Shown here: piece by piece, positions 1 to 12,799 of the stretch
Layout of the letters: the number at the start of each line of letters is the position of its first letter
How positions within the stretch are numbered: position 1 is the stretch's first letter
Assembly (NCBI GenBank): GCA_013265495.1
Contig: MU057632.1
Location: 914,054-978,053, forward strand
Length of the DNA stretch: 64,000 nucleotides
Source: Vicugna vicugna
Lineage: Eukaryota
Direction: 5' to 3'
Notes under the pieces: generated by a model
What the model saw: only the letters and a program-made list of their open reading frames with translations
The model's database searches: none
What the model was told of the DNA's origin: nothing
Program-made: the position numbers and the translations under genes

Positions 1-1950
1 ATACAAGCATCAAATGAGCATTTTAGAACTGAAAAATAAGTGAACTTAAATAATTAGTAGCTTGGTCTACTTTTAAATTAGACAAAATTGAAAATAAGAT
101 TAGTGAGTTCAGATTAAGATTAAAATACACAGCTGAAGTAGGGGAAGAAAAATTGTTGAATTATAAAATAGGGATGATTGTAGGCGATACAATGTGGTAA
201 GAAGGTTTAGCGTAAGCGTAATTGAAGTCCTGGAAGGAGAGAATATAAAGTATGGAGCATAAGCAACACTTGAAGCCATGGTTTTCCAGAACCATCTGCC
301 ACAGACTCAATGTTGGCATTCCCTCCATATTCGTGTGTTGGAGTCTGAAGCCCTAAACCCTGCCGTGATGGTAGCTGGAAGTGGGCACCTTGGTCTTGGG
401 TTCCCCAGTCTCCAGAACTGTGAGAAATAAAGGTCTGCTGTGTAAGCCACCCAGTCGTGGTGTTTTGTTCTAACAGCCAGAACTGAGATACCAGTGAAAG
501 ACATCAGGCCACAGGTTCAAGAATTTCTGCAAAACCTAAGCAGAGTAAACACAGAGAAGACGATGCCTAGGCAGATCATAAGACAAACAGAGGAAACCAA
601 AGACAAATGTTTTAAAGCAGCCAGAGGATAAAAGAGTACTTTCAAGGGAGTAACCATAAGCCTGATAACTGCCCTCTGAACAGGAAGTCAGAAGACAGTA
701 CAATTACATTTTGGTGATGAAGGAAAAGAAATGCCAAATGGATTCTATAGTTGTGGAAAATGTCCTTTGAAAAAAAAAGCCGTTCTAATTCTACAAAAAA
801 CGAATGTGTTACCAGCTGAAGCATGATAAAGGAAACATAAGGGGAGTTTTTGGAAAGAGGATGATGCCAGATGGAAACTAGAACACAGGAAAGAACGGAG
901 AGCAACAGCTGGAAAATCTAAATGAATATCGATGATAAGCAAAAGTCACTCAAAGTATCTTAGGTTAAATCACAGTAATAGCAAAAATGTCATAGGGGAT
1001 AAATTACATTAATGTGGTAGAAGATTCTTGTAGTTTTGAGAAATAGTAAATATATTAATATCCATCAAGCATTAATAACATAATAATAATATAACATTTT
1101 GTGGATAACAGATAAAAGAAAAGCAAAATAATGTATTACTAAAAGGTAATGGAGAATAGAATGCTAAATTAATTCAAAAGTAGGTAATAATGGGGCAAAT
1201 GGGAAATACAAAGTAAGATGGTAAATTTGAACACAAATACAGTGCCACAACACAGAATGCAAGCAAATTAAATGCTCTAATGAAAAGAAAAAAATCATCA
1301 GACTGGATTTTGTAAACAACCTAATCCAACTATTTGCTAATTGGAAGAGATACACCTTGACTAGAAGGCTGTAGAGGTTAAACAAAGAAAAAGGAAAAGT
1401 ACTATCATGCAAAAACTGACCAGAAGAAAGCTCGTGTAGTTATGCTAACTTCAGATGAAGTAGACATGTTGCAAGAAATCTTACTAAAGATAAAAAGGTG
1501 CAATTCATTATGATAAAAGGTTAATCCATCCAAAAGACACCAAACTCTAAATTTATATGTATTAATAATATAGTGTCAACGTATAAAGCAGAACTTGACA
1601 AATAAAGAAAAATGGGCAAATCACAAGTATAAGGAGAAATACAGACACATCTCAAAGTAACTGACAGAACACGCAGACTAAACATCAGTAAGGGGGGTAC
1701 AGAGCTGAACAGAATTTGACCTAACCAACACACACAAGTGGAGCTGTGCTCATTAACCGCAGAGTAACAAATCTGTAAAGGCATGGCTCTAAAAGTACTC
1801 TCTGTATGTATCTGATGCAATCCTCTCCCCAACACACACAAAAAATTCCACGAAAAAAGCTTTTCTGGAAGTGCATAAGGCAATTCTAAAATTATTGTAG
1901 GATGCTAAAGGTCAAGAAGAACCAAGACAATCATGAAGAAGAAAAAGAGA
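1..1950 (+). mobile_element. Ancient degraded L1 (L1M-type): ORF1 region and start of ORF2 endonuclease
   Basis: A-rich; ~1260-1360 resembles the L1 EN start (LNAPIKR..LADWI....PTIC.LQETHL); no intact ORF. Confidence 0.75.
311..491 (+). mobile_element. MaLR (MLT1-type) LTR remnant inserted in L1
   Basis: ccagtctccagaactgtgagaaataaa...taagccacccagtc..tggt.ttttgtt is the typical MLT1 3' end. Confidence 0.8.
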
Positions 1951-1983
1951 CTTAGACTGCTTTTACTCCATTACTCCCAATAC

Positions 1984-2602
1984 TGTCACAGACCACTTTT
2001 TTTAAAGCATCAGTGTCAACAGGCCAATTGCAATTATTTCTCTACTATGAAAGCAGATAATTCTTAGCTAATCTAAGAAAAAATAGTATAAGATACCTGT
2101 AGTGGAAGCCCTGAGAGCTGGGGTTTTTTTTGTTTTTGTTTTTGTTTTTTTCTGTTTTTTTGTTTTCTTTTTCAATGCAAGTGCCTGACTTAAGCATTGA
2201 TTATGGAGGCATTCACTTCAAGAATGACTATCTCAAATGAATACGTAGCCAGCCACAGGACAAGGTAAAAGAGCCAGGCCACCTCCCTCTTTGTTTTCCA
2301 GATCTTGGTTGATTTGGGCCCCCTTGTTTTTTCTCTTCCCAAGCTTCAAATTCCTGCTCTTCTGTTTCAAATTCACCCACCAAGAGGGGCTTGGGAAACC
2401 CTACCCCCCAACTCCCAACCCCAATAAAATCAGAGCCCCAGGCCCAGCTCTCTTGCTATCTCTATGCCTCTGTGAAACCGTGCTTTGTGGCCCCAGATCG
2501 GTCATGTAATTTCCAGGACCCGGATGTAGTAAGTCTTTTGTGTTGTTGTTTCCTGACGGTTATTGCTGAGGGCATCTTGCAATGAGATGGGCTCAGGACA
2601 AC
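1984..2602 (+). mobile_element. Probable ERV LTR remnant
   Basis: TGT start, AATAAA-like motif at ~2423, U5-like tail ending ACA; family and TSD not resolved. Confidence 0.45.
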
Positions 2603-3047
2603 ACCTGAAAAGATTCACAATGACTGTACGTCTTGGATTTTCAGGCAGTCTTATCTCCATGTATTTCAGTTATTTCAATATATGTAGATTAATCAAATAT
2701 CAATTACAAGTAGATAAATGATCATGCATTTGTATGAATTTTCACATTAGCCAATTGACCAGTTTCTTTTCCTCTTAACTTCTCATAGCATGTTGTTCAT
2801 GCATTTTTGATTTCATATTAATTGCTAGCTTTTCATTGTTATTATCTGTATTAAACTATAGCTCCCTGAAAGCTGGGTCTTTTTCCTTTTCTTTCTACCC
2901 CTCGTATTCTCTAGGCATAACTGATGCTCAATAAATTTCTGATGACTTGTTTGCTTCCTTTTAATTTTACATTCTGTATTGTACAGTCAATATATCCATC
3001 CATTGGTCAGTTGCCAGTAAGCACAGAAATAAACTGCTTCTTAGGGG

Positions 3048-3612
3048 TGAGACAGGAGGGAAAGGGGGCAGGGCACAACTATTGAAGGAATGACACAGCA
3101 ACTGAGGACAGGACAAACTGCTTAGAACCAAGATGGCAGAAGACTGGATGTCCAGTAGACCTTGAGCCCCATGGCGCATCCACAGGTGCCATGACAGTTC
3201 CCAGGCTGCCCATAAAAGGTCAAAAAGTAGGTGGGGGCCTGTTTCCTGGAAAGCCCTGCTCCTTCTCCAAAGTAGTTGGAATAATCCTACTAATTAGCAT
3301 GTGAAATTACTGAGCCCATAAAACCTAACAACTCCGCACCTCGTGGTCGCTCTCCTTTGCCTTCTGAGATGGTCCCACTCTGTCTATGGAGTGTGTCTCT
3401 GGCTTTTACTTTAAACTAAACATCCCACACCTGTCAGTCTCTCTTCTCACCTTTTGAACTGTGTATCTCCTAAGTCGCTTTCCCTTCTGAGTGGAATAGA
3501 CCCCACTCTGTCTAAGGAGTGTGTATCTCTCTAAATAAATTTGTTTTCACTTTACCATGCCTTGCTCTTGAATTCCTTCCTGTGAGAGGCAAGAACCTAT
3601 TCTCTGGCAACA
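3048..3612 (+). mobile_element. Solo ERV1 LTR, MER41-like
   Basis: TG...CA ends, 4-bp TSD GGGG (3044-3047 / 3613-3616), aaccaagatggc motif, AATAAA ~3534, internal repeat cccactctgtcta.ggagtgtgt. Confidence 0.8.
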
Positions 3613-4831
3613 GGGGGACCAAAAAGCAAAAGACAAAGATTCTGTGTTCTGTAAAAATGTGTAACTCTTTCCACTTGTAACTATCTTCCAGCTTGCAAAT
3701 TTATAGCTGTTTCTTTCCAGGAATCAGGCAGTCTGCCAAGCAGAGACAACTCATCTCATAGAACAGCAAAGATATTGTGAAGCAGTATAATCACTTGCAA
3801 AATCAAGATTCTAATTAATTCTCTGCCTCCATTAGGTGAGAGTTATTGTCTCAGCTGTCTCTTTCTCCATCTTTTGTACCTAGTGGGCATGCAACAAATT
3901 CTGTCCTTTTATGACCTGTATGTTTGGAAATTTGAATATTTTTAAAAATTAAAAAAAAAACTTCTGTAGCATTAAAACCACCTGTACAAGCAAACATGAA
4001 AAGGCAGTAATTTGTTGAACTCAGCATATTTTCCAAAATAATGCATTTAAGGGGATAACATGACAGATTGGCAGGTCCTATCTATAATCCTCAGTAACCT
4101 TATATCAAAATCATCACAACAGATTAAAAACAGGTCAAACATATTAGGTCTGCTTCCCCTAGCCCCTCCTCAGGATTTTCTAAGGCTCCACTGGAACTTT
4201 CTCTGTCTGTGCAGCAAAAACATAAACCCAGTTTTGTTTGACTCGACTGCAGGTGTGTTGCTGCTGGTTTTATCTGATTGGTTTTATAGCATAACAGTGT
4301 AAGTCTGGTTTTGTTACATAATTTTTCGTAATACATTTGTAAGTGATTTATATCAGTATTTTTAGAACTAATAGAGATTAGAAAGTGGCCCTGTGAAAAT
4401 GTCACTTACCTTTTCAGTATATTTTGTTCTGAGAACAATATGCTATTGTGGTTCTTGCAAACTCGGGGATTTATTAAAGTCTTGAGATGGAGTTTTTTCA
4501 AATGTCAAAGTCAGCTCCATCCTGAGGAGAAACATCCTTGGTGGCTACGTTAGAAACCAACATATATTCTGATCGGGGTCTAGAATATAAAGATAAAAAA
4601 AAAAAAACCGAGCCCAACTCCTTAATTTTGCTAGTGAGGAAACTGACAGAGAGGCCATGAACTGCTCAAGGGCTCACAGTGCAATCAGTTAGGAGTTTGT
4701 TGTTTTTAGGTGGGGTATGTATGCCTTATTTCCTAATTTAAGGTTCCACGAGTGCTGGTATCTCTACAAATGCTGTGATAATAACAACATACAACCAACA
4801 ATAACACACATACTCACGCTGGTGCACAGCA

Positions 4832-4868
4832 GGCACACAAACACACACACACACACACACACATACAC
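4832..4868. repeat. (CA)n microsatellite
   Basis: Direct observation. Confidence 0.9.
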
Positions 4869-6079
4869 GAGATATCTGCTGCACAGGAACCTTAGGTTAG
4901 CTGTAGTGTCGATGCAAAGTTGGTGACAGTCTTGGGAATGGAACCAAATCAACACATTCAAGATGTCAGACAAGAGCACGCAGAGATTTAACAGGGAGGA
5001 ACACAGCGTGGTGACCAAGCACCACCTGGGTTACTGGTCATCTGCACATCTACACAGTTTGACACAGAAGGAAGGCGCGGTCCTGGGATCAGCCTCAAGG
5101 TTTCAGCTGAATGCCTTGCTCTCCCGTCCTGAGAGTCATAACCCAAATCAACAGAAGTGGTGAGACTGCACACATATTGTGCCACTCCGTTGTTGGCAGC
5201 TTCTTGACTTCCTCCCTCCCACAAGGACTCTCTAAAACTGGCTACTCATCTCAAATACCAGGGCCATATTTGACTTTGTCGACCCAGTATTTTCCTTTGG
5301 AATTCCTTTATGGTTCCAGTTTCCATGAAGCAATTAAAGCTGGCTTTTCCCCACAAAGCCATGCACTTCAACAATTCCCTGTTTTGATGTGGCTTATTCA
5401 ATGAAAGAGAAATGGGACCAACTCTACATCCTAGGTTTTGGAATTGTCTTCCTTCCTCTAAAAGACCACTGCCAACCTTATACAAAGAAGGAACTAAGAA
5501 GTAACTATATCATTCTGCTCATCATTTTGAGATAAACATCATATTTAAGAACATTTTATGAGTGGCCTACATGGTAGAAACAAATTGAAACAGCTTTCAA
5601 TTGAAAAAAATAAAAAAGGAAAATGCAGACACACCACACCACCATTAACACTGTTTTCTGGGCATCAGTTTACCTACTGCACACCAACCTATCACAAGTA
5701 ACGCAACCACGGTCATCAAAGACCTTGACAATTTTGATTCATAAAACCTATGGATTGGAAAAATGTTATCTGACACAGATTTCACACAGACAGAAGTCTG
5801 TAACCAGTCATTTAAAAAATCTTTTCCTTATTATTGTTTATGATCTGGGCGTAAATTCTGATGGGTTTTAGAAATGAATACCAATACATATCTACTGTTC
5901 TCAGAAAGGGAAAGATGTCATGTTACAGAGGAAGAATTGACTGTCTAACCTGTTAAAGTGCATATTGACTATGTTTAATGTTCTGCTACTTTCTGTTGGA
6001 ATATCACTTCAAAATGCTAACAAAGTATCTCCTATTTTGTTCCAAGAAGTAAAGAAGGTGTTGTCACTAAAATGACACA

Positions 6080-6280
6080 GTGGGAAGAAAATAGTCTTTG
6101 GGGTTAGGTATACCTGATTTAGTGCTCTTCGAAAAACAGTAAGTCAACTTACATCTATAGACTTAAGTTTCCTCCTCTGTAAATTGAGGGTAATAATACT
6201 CAGTTTGCTAAATTTGGGGGTATGTGCTGGAAAAGAGAATTTATGTAAAGTGGCTAGCACAGTGTTTGAGATTTAGAAGG
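6080..6280 (+). mobile_element. MIR fragment
   Basis: agtttcctcctctgtaaattgagggtaataatact MIR core. Confidence 0.7.
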
Positions 6281-6631
6281 AGGCTGAGTTAAATTGACCC
6301 TCACAAACTCAGTTTACAAATTTTAAAATACCGATCTCTTATCAAACATCATAAAAAATTTAAAAGACCCACTAACAACTAAGGCAAATGCAGAATTTCA
6401 ATTTTAATAATTGTTTAAAAAGCATGATATATTTTTTCAAAAGAATGCAAATGATAAATATTTTTACTGCAAGAATGTGAGAACTTGAAGGAAGTTTATA
6501 GACCACTTAAGTCTAGACCCATCACTTCCCAGGAAAGGAAACTACATTTAGATCACTTGCCCACAGTGACACATTGGATTAACAGCTCAGCTGAGGTGAG
6601 AAACGGCCACTTTAATCAAAGTCTAGTGATT

Positions 6632-6709
6632 TATCATTTTATCACAACCTCCATTATGCCAACACCACTCTATCATTTTATCACAACCTGCATTATGCCA
6701 ACACCACTC
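6632..6709. repeat. 39-bp tandem duplication (2 copies, 1 mismatch)
   Basis: tatcattttatcacaacct(c/g)cattatgccaacaccactc x2. Confidence 0.95.
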
Positions 6710-7664
6710 CAAACACAGATTCTGAAAAATAGATTTAAAAAGTAAAACAGCAACAATTGTTACCCTTAAATACCTATTAAAAACTTATAATGTCAGTATT
6801 CATTCTGCCATGGGTTATTTAAATTGCGGTAACGTATAAATAACTGTATAAAATGTCAAAAGGGGGGGGAGAAATTAATTGGGACCCTCTCTAGTCTCCT
6901 TCATTTGAAGGAAATTGTTATCTTTCAAATACTGAGCATACTGGTCATCATTCAACACCATCATTCTTTGGGAAAATGTAACTTTCCAATGATAATGGAA
7001 AGATGTAGCCTCTAATTTACAAATTAGAAGCCCCACAGGCGTTAGTCTACGCTGACGGCCGCCATGTGCAGGCCACTTGCTCTACATCCCTGGTCGGGGG
7101 AGGGGTTAGCATTTCACCTCCATCGTTTCTCTCATCTCATCACTGCCATGTATCTCAGAACACATCGCCTCTCAGAGAATCATTACCCAAACTCCAACAC
7201 GGTGTTTTTGAACGACTCACTTTGCCACTGTTTCAAGTAGTTTATTAAACTCTCTAACTCTGAAAACATTCCTGAGAAATTATCTACTCCCAGAAGTTGT
7301 GCAGAAAGGTCTATCAATCTGCCGTCAACAAGACTGGAATTTGCACCAATTGCAAAATGCGAGATATTTGTAACCTACTGCTCATTAAAAGTGGGAAAAT
7401 GAGTAATTTCTGTTTTTTCCTGCTGTCTTCAGTGAACATCACCACACTAAGGCATGATTCCCCTCCTCCTTCTGGACTTGCTCCCAACTTCTTACCCCCA
7501 ACCCTTGGGAAGAGTATTTACTTTTTACTGAAAGATGTATTTTTTTCATCTGCATGATAATAGGAAAATAAGTTCTCACAAGTTTTACTTTATATATTAC
7601 ATAAATATTGATGTCTCTTAAGGACAGAGAGACAAATATGAACTAAGATGATTACTTAATCTTT

Positions 7665-7778
7665 TTTTTTTTAAATTGAAGTACAGTCAGTTACAATGTG
7701 TCCGTTTCTGGTGTACGGCACAGTGTCCCAGTCATGCATACACGTACATATATTCCTTTTCATATTCTCTTCCATCAA
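7665..7778 (-). mobile_element. 5'-truncated young L1 3' end with TSD
   Basis: poly-T + aaattgaagtacagtcagttacaatg; TSD taagatg(a/g)ttacttaatcttt at 7644-7664 and 7779-7799. Confidence 0.85.
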
Positions 7779-8298
7779 TAAGATGGTTACTTAATCTTTG
7801 ACAACAAGAAGGTGGGACGTATAACTCCAGATACCTAATTCCTGGTCTGAACATCTCTGTGCAGCGAGAAGTCTGATAGCACTGACACACGTAACAGGGG
7901 TCTGCTCTCCTGTCTGGAGAAATGAGGGCGCTTTCTCTCATAAACTGAAACAAAATAAAAGTAACCGTCATAAGGTGCTTAAGGCATTAAGTTTGAAATA
8001 TAATAATCATGCCAGGTGGAAATATTAAACCCAAATGTATGATACTGTGTAATAGGGAATTTCCTCTTCCTGATGCCTTGACTTCTGCCAGGCAAAATAA
8101 TAACGTATTCTTTAAAAATTCTAACCTTGTTGAAATACTTTAAACTGATCAGATATCTACATATCCTCACTCTAGACTTTTCGGCTTCTGTTTAACCATG
8201 TTGTCTACGTCGTTTCTGAGTCTCACTGTGTTACCACCAGGCAGGTAGGGTTACACACAACCTAGATCAACCGTGTTTCTTGTTGGTAACCATAAATT

Positions 8299-9723
8299 TA
8301 AAGACAACGATGTAAAGAGAAGAGAAAAGCCTTTTCTTAAAGGAGAAAAGTTGATAATTTAAGTGATTTGTTAATCAAAATTTCACATTATTATTGTTTA
8401 CTGTAAATCACTGATTAGAACAGTTTACTAAACCGACACACGTTGGCTCCACGTTAGTCAGAAATCCTATGTCCATAAGAATGGAGAACATTTTCGCTGT
8501 AGCCCAGCATACAGAAGGGAAGTTGTCCCCAAACTGTGTGGACCAATGCTAGAGCATCCCACAAAGTATAAAGGAATTAACTTGCTGGCTTCTTCAGGAC
8601 TATTCAGGTAAAACCTTAAATCAGCCTTCACATTTCTTACCTTATTTAAAATAATGACCTTTAATTTCTTTTACGTTTGGACTTGTTTAGGTAACTTGAA
8701 GAGTGTAACTAAAAACATGTTTCCTGGATTAATCTGGAAGGGTGAGACATTTGTATCTGTATTTAATCTGTGACTTTTTCCCATTTAAAAAAATTGAAGT
8801 ATAAAATGTGTGATCTTTTAAATAACACATGAGAGAAGGAAATTCTTTTAAAAAACACTAAGAATAAAGAATTAAAAATAAAGATTGTAACTGAAACCTG
8901 AAATTTCCCTTTCATACAACATCTGATAACTATTACAACCTAGTTCACATGCAACAAATGTCATTCAGTGTCTGTTGTTCCAGGTACTAATCAGGCCTTA
9001 GGGGAACGAGAGGTCCTCATTATCATGATGCTTATATGCCAGGGGAAAGAAGCAGACGATAAAAGATACACTGACAATACGCCATGAATGTAGGTAGTGC
9101 TGTAAGGAAACGTAATTTGGAAAACAGGGCTAGGGAGTCCCCAGAGTGGTAACCAGGGATGCTCCTTCAGAAGTTTTCAGGACGTGCATCTCTGAGGAGG
9201 GACCATCTAGAATGACGTATGCCAGAAGAGTATTCTAGGAACAGGGGCCTGCAGGGCAGAGGACTTGTGGGCTGTGTCTGAACAGGAAACCTGTTTTTAG
9301 TTACATGCTTCAAGTTACACAAACAAGTCCAAATGCAAAAGAAATTAAAGGTCTTTATTTTAAATAAGGTAAGAAATGTGAAGGCTGATTTAAGGTTTTT
9401 TGGATAGTCATGAAGAAGACAGCAAGGTATTTTCTTTATTCTTAACTTTGTGGGATGCTCCAGCATTGGTCCACACAGTCTGGGGACAAGTTCCCTTCTG
9501 TATGCTGGGCTAGAGGGAAGATATTCCTCATTCTTACGGACATAGGATTTCTGGCTAACGTGGAGCTGCATTGGTTTAGTAAACTGTTCTAATCACTGAT
9601 TTACAGTAAACAGCAATGCATTCTTTTAATGAGAACTTTTGATTATAAAAATCGTTTTAGCTATCAACCTTTCTCTTTAAAAAAGGATTTTTTTCTTTTC
9701 TTTACATCATTTTTTTTTCTTTA
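8299..9723. repeat. Long inverted repeat: arms 8299-8726 and 9283-9723, spacer ~556 bp
   Basis: 8611-8654 is the exact reverse complement of 9355-9398 (44/44); 8500-8567 matches 9445-9512 at 65/68; arms are colinear throughout. Confidence 0.95.
8955..9282 (-). mobile_element. L2 3' fragment, apparently resuming at ~9880-9960 after the right arm
   Basis: cattcagtgtctgt..ccaggtact...tgcttatat...gtgctgtaaggaaa and tgtagggttttgtaggtcttggtaa resemble L2 antisense sequence. Confidence 0.55.
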
Positions 9724-10199
9724 GGAAAGCTAAACTTTAATTACTCAGGCAGTTTTTACAACAAAAACAAGTACCCAAGGACTGGTCTTAAATTTTAGTG
9801 CGTGACTGTACAAAAGAGGCCCATGCGTGGAGGGGACAATGTGAAGGGGACGATGTGAAGAGGGTGGTGTGAGGGGGCAAGATCAAGCTGGGGTAGGGGT
9901 GGTGGGGAGGAGATCCATTCCTGTAGGGTTTTGTAGGTCTTGGTAAAGCCCTGTCTCTCAGTAAGTGTCCTTCCAACGCTATCTCTACAGACCCAAAGAT
10001 AGGTGGACGGATGGATAAATGGGTAGGTAGATAGGTGAGTGTGTATGTTTATATACACACACATACATACATACATGCCCACATATGTTCGTGCATCTAG
10101 GGTTTTTATTCGGCTATTGCAAAATACGATACTGCTCATATGCAATATCCCTAGGGTTCTGAAATGTAAAAGTCAGACTGCTCATGGTAAATTCATTTT

Positions 10200-10341
10200 A
10201 TTTTATTTTTTTATTTTTAAAAAATTGTTGGGGGGGAGGTAATTAGGTTTATTTATTTTATTTTAATGGAGATATTGGGGATTGAACCCAAGATCTCTGA
10301 ATGCTAAGCATGCATTCTACCACTCAGCTATGTCCTCCCCA
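10200..10341 (-). mobile_element. tRNA-Ala-derived SINE (camelid Vic-1 type)
   Basis: ggggattgaaccca...gctaagcatgcattctaccactcagcta (A/B boxes); TSD atggtaaa(t/c)tcatttt at 10184-10199 and 10344-10359. Confidence 0.85.
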
Positions 10342-10819
10342 CTATGGTAAACTCATTTTAAATGTCGACAGATGTTCATGAACTGCCCTTCAAAACGGAC
10401 TGTACTAATTTACTTTCTCACCAGCAAAGTACAAGAACAGCCACTTCTCAAAATCCCCAATGATACTGGGTGCCACTCGTCTAAGGAATTTTTGTCAGTC
10501 TGATAGTGAAAACAATATTTCATTGCACATCACTGCTGATTTTGCTTAATGTACTTCTAGGTTACTTGTCATATGCCTTCTGTGAATTTCACATATCTTT
10601 CTCATTGGGTTCTGTTTCTTTTGTTTTAAAGACGCTTATTTGGTGGTTTTTGTTCTGCTTCCCTGGCTCTCATCCCAAATCTCTGATGTTTAACCAATGA
10701 CAATAGCCAGATGTGTATCCCTTCTTAGCTCTCTCCTCGTTCATACAAATATATACAAGCTTGCTTTCAAACCTATATACCTGTTTGATTTTCAATTATT
10801 TGAGAAGACCAGGAAAGGC

Positions 10820-11030
10820 ATTTATGGAGACAAAAAGTAAGATTAGTGGTTGCCTGGGACTGGGACCAGGCATGGGGATGAATTACAAACAGGCGGAGGG
10901 ATCTGGTGGGGGATGAAAATGTTCTAAAATGGCTACTGATGATGGTTGTACCACTCGATTGAGTTACGAGTTGTACGTTTGAACGAGATGAGTTTTATGT
11001 GTATATTTCAAGTTGTTTTAAAGAAAGAAA
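10820..11030 (+). mobile_element. Old L1 (L1MB/MC-type) 3' UTR fragment
   Basis: agattagtggttgcctggg...gatgaaaatgttctaaaat...gatggttgtacca. Confidence 0.7.
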
Positions 11031-11239
11031 TACACACACTACTCGGCAACTAGCTTTTCTCAAATATCAATATGTCATGGGTATTCCTACGAGTCAGTAC
11101 ATACAGTCTACCTTTTCTGTAGTTTTTACGCACATGTGCACATATGCACAGACTCATGTATGATTTTGCACGACTTAGATCATATACACTTTAATATTTA
11201 TGTACATATTTGCACCTTACTTTTAGCACATAAGAGTGA

Positions 11240-11720
11240 AACAAAAAAGCTTTGAAAGCAAAACAAAATCAGTAAACAAGACATAGCTTCAGAAAAATAT
11301 ATATGGACATATATTTATGCTACATTTAACAGATAAAATGCCAATATATTTAATATACAAAGAGTGCTTCAAATTGATATGGAAAAGAGAAATCAATAGA
11401 AAAATGAGCAAAGATTAAAAATAAGCAATTCTCAGAAAATCAAACCCAAATGGCCCCAAATATATGAAATAATACATAAGTTTAACAAAAGTCTAAGTAA
11501 TACAAAAGACTGAATTAATAATTAAATGTTAACTTGTATGCATTCGGTTGACAGGAATAAAAAAAAAGTCAACATTTATTACTGGTGGATATGTGGAGAA
11601 GATGTACTATCAAATGGTTCTTAATTATTAAAACATTTCTGGAAAGCAGTTTAGAAAACCTATTTTTTAAAATTTATCTTTAAGATATAAAACACTAACA
11701 AGTAAGAATATATTTGCAAG
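11240..11720 (+). mobile_element. Ancient L1 ORF2 3' remnant (host of a younger L1)
   Basis: Degenerate A-rich ORF2-like sequence that continues after 12497. Confidence 0.55.
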
Positions 11721-12480
11721 CAAATGATAAATACTGGAGAGGGTGTGGAGAAAAGGGAACCCTCCTATACTGTTAGTGGGAATGTAGTTTGCTGCAGCCA
11801 TTATGGAAAGTAGCATGAAGATTCCTTAAAAAGCTAGAGTTGCCATATGATCCAACAATCCCACTTCTGGGCATATATTCAGAGGAAACTCTAATTTGAA
11901 AAGATATATGATCCCCAATGTTCATAGCAGCACTATATGCAATAGCCAAGACATAGAAGGAAACTAAATGTCCATCAACAGATGACTGGATAAAGAAGAC
12001 ATGGTATATTTATACAATGGAATACTACTCAGCCATAAAAAGGATAAAACAATGCTATTTGCAGCAACATGGATGGACCTGGAGATTGTCATTCTAAGTG
12101 AAATAATTCAGAAAGAGAAAGAAAAATACCATATGATATCAAAAGACAAAAATGAACTTATTTACAAAACAGAAACAGACTTAGACATAGAAAACAGACT
12201 TATAGTTACCAGTGAGGAAAGGATGTGGGAAGGGATAAATTGGGAGTTTGATATTTGCAGATACTAACTACTATATATAAAGTAGATAAACAACAAGTTT
12301 CTACCGTATAGCACAGGGAACTATATTCAATATCTTGTAGTAACCTATAATGAAAAAGAATATGAAAAGGAATATACATATGTATATGTATGACTGAAAC
12401 ATGATGCTGTACACCAGAAATTGACACAACACTGTAAACTGACTAGACTTCAACTAAAAAAAAAATCAAAAGTTAAAAAA
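11721..12480 (+). mobile_element. Younger 5'-truncated L1 (ORF2 C-terminus + 3' UTR + A tail), nested
   Basis: ORF2 C-terminal peptide FAATWMDLEIVILSEI; TSD aagaatatat(t/g)tgcaag at 11704-11720 and 12481-12497. Confidence 0.9.
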
Positions 12481-12799
12481 AAGAATATATGTGCAAGGAT
12501 ATTCACTGTAATATAAGTCCTAGTGTGAAAAAAAACCTTGGAACAGTAAGAATGCTGAATACATTTTGCTATATAATATAGAGTCCACTAGGCTCTTGTA
12601 TGAACTCAGAGTATGGGTTGAACTGTTTGGACATGGTAACACCCTCTGTGAAACTCCCCACTATCTTCTTGCTTACTTCCCAGTCCTCTTCAGCTTTGTG
12701 GAAAGGTAAAGTTGGTAGCAGGCTGAGGGGTGGAGGAAGGTGTGGCGGTGCACAACAATGTTTAATAGTGCTACTTGGATTAGTGCTACTGAAAGTCTA

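Noticed and set aside
9167..9571. 134-aa ORF across the inverted-repeat arm
   Set aside because: No recognisable domain; runs into L2-like sequence; the other arm differs by indels.
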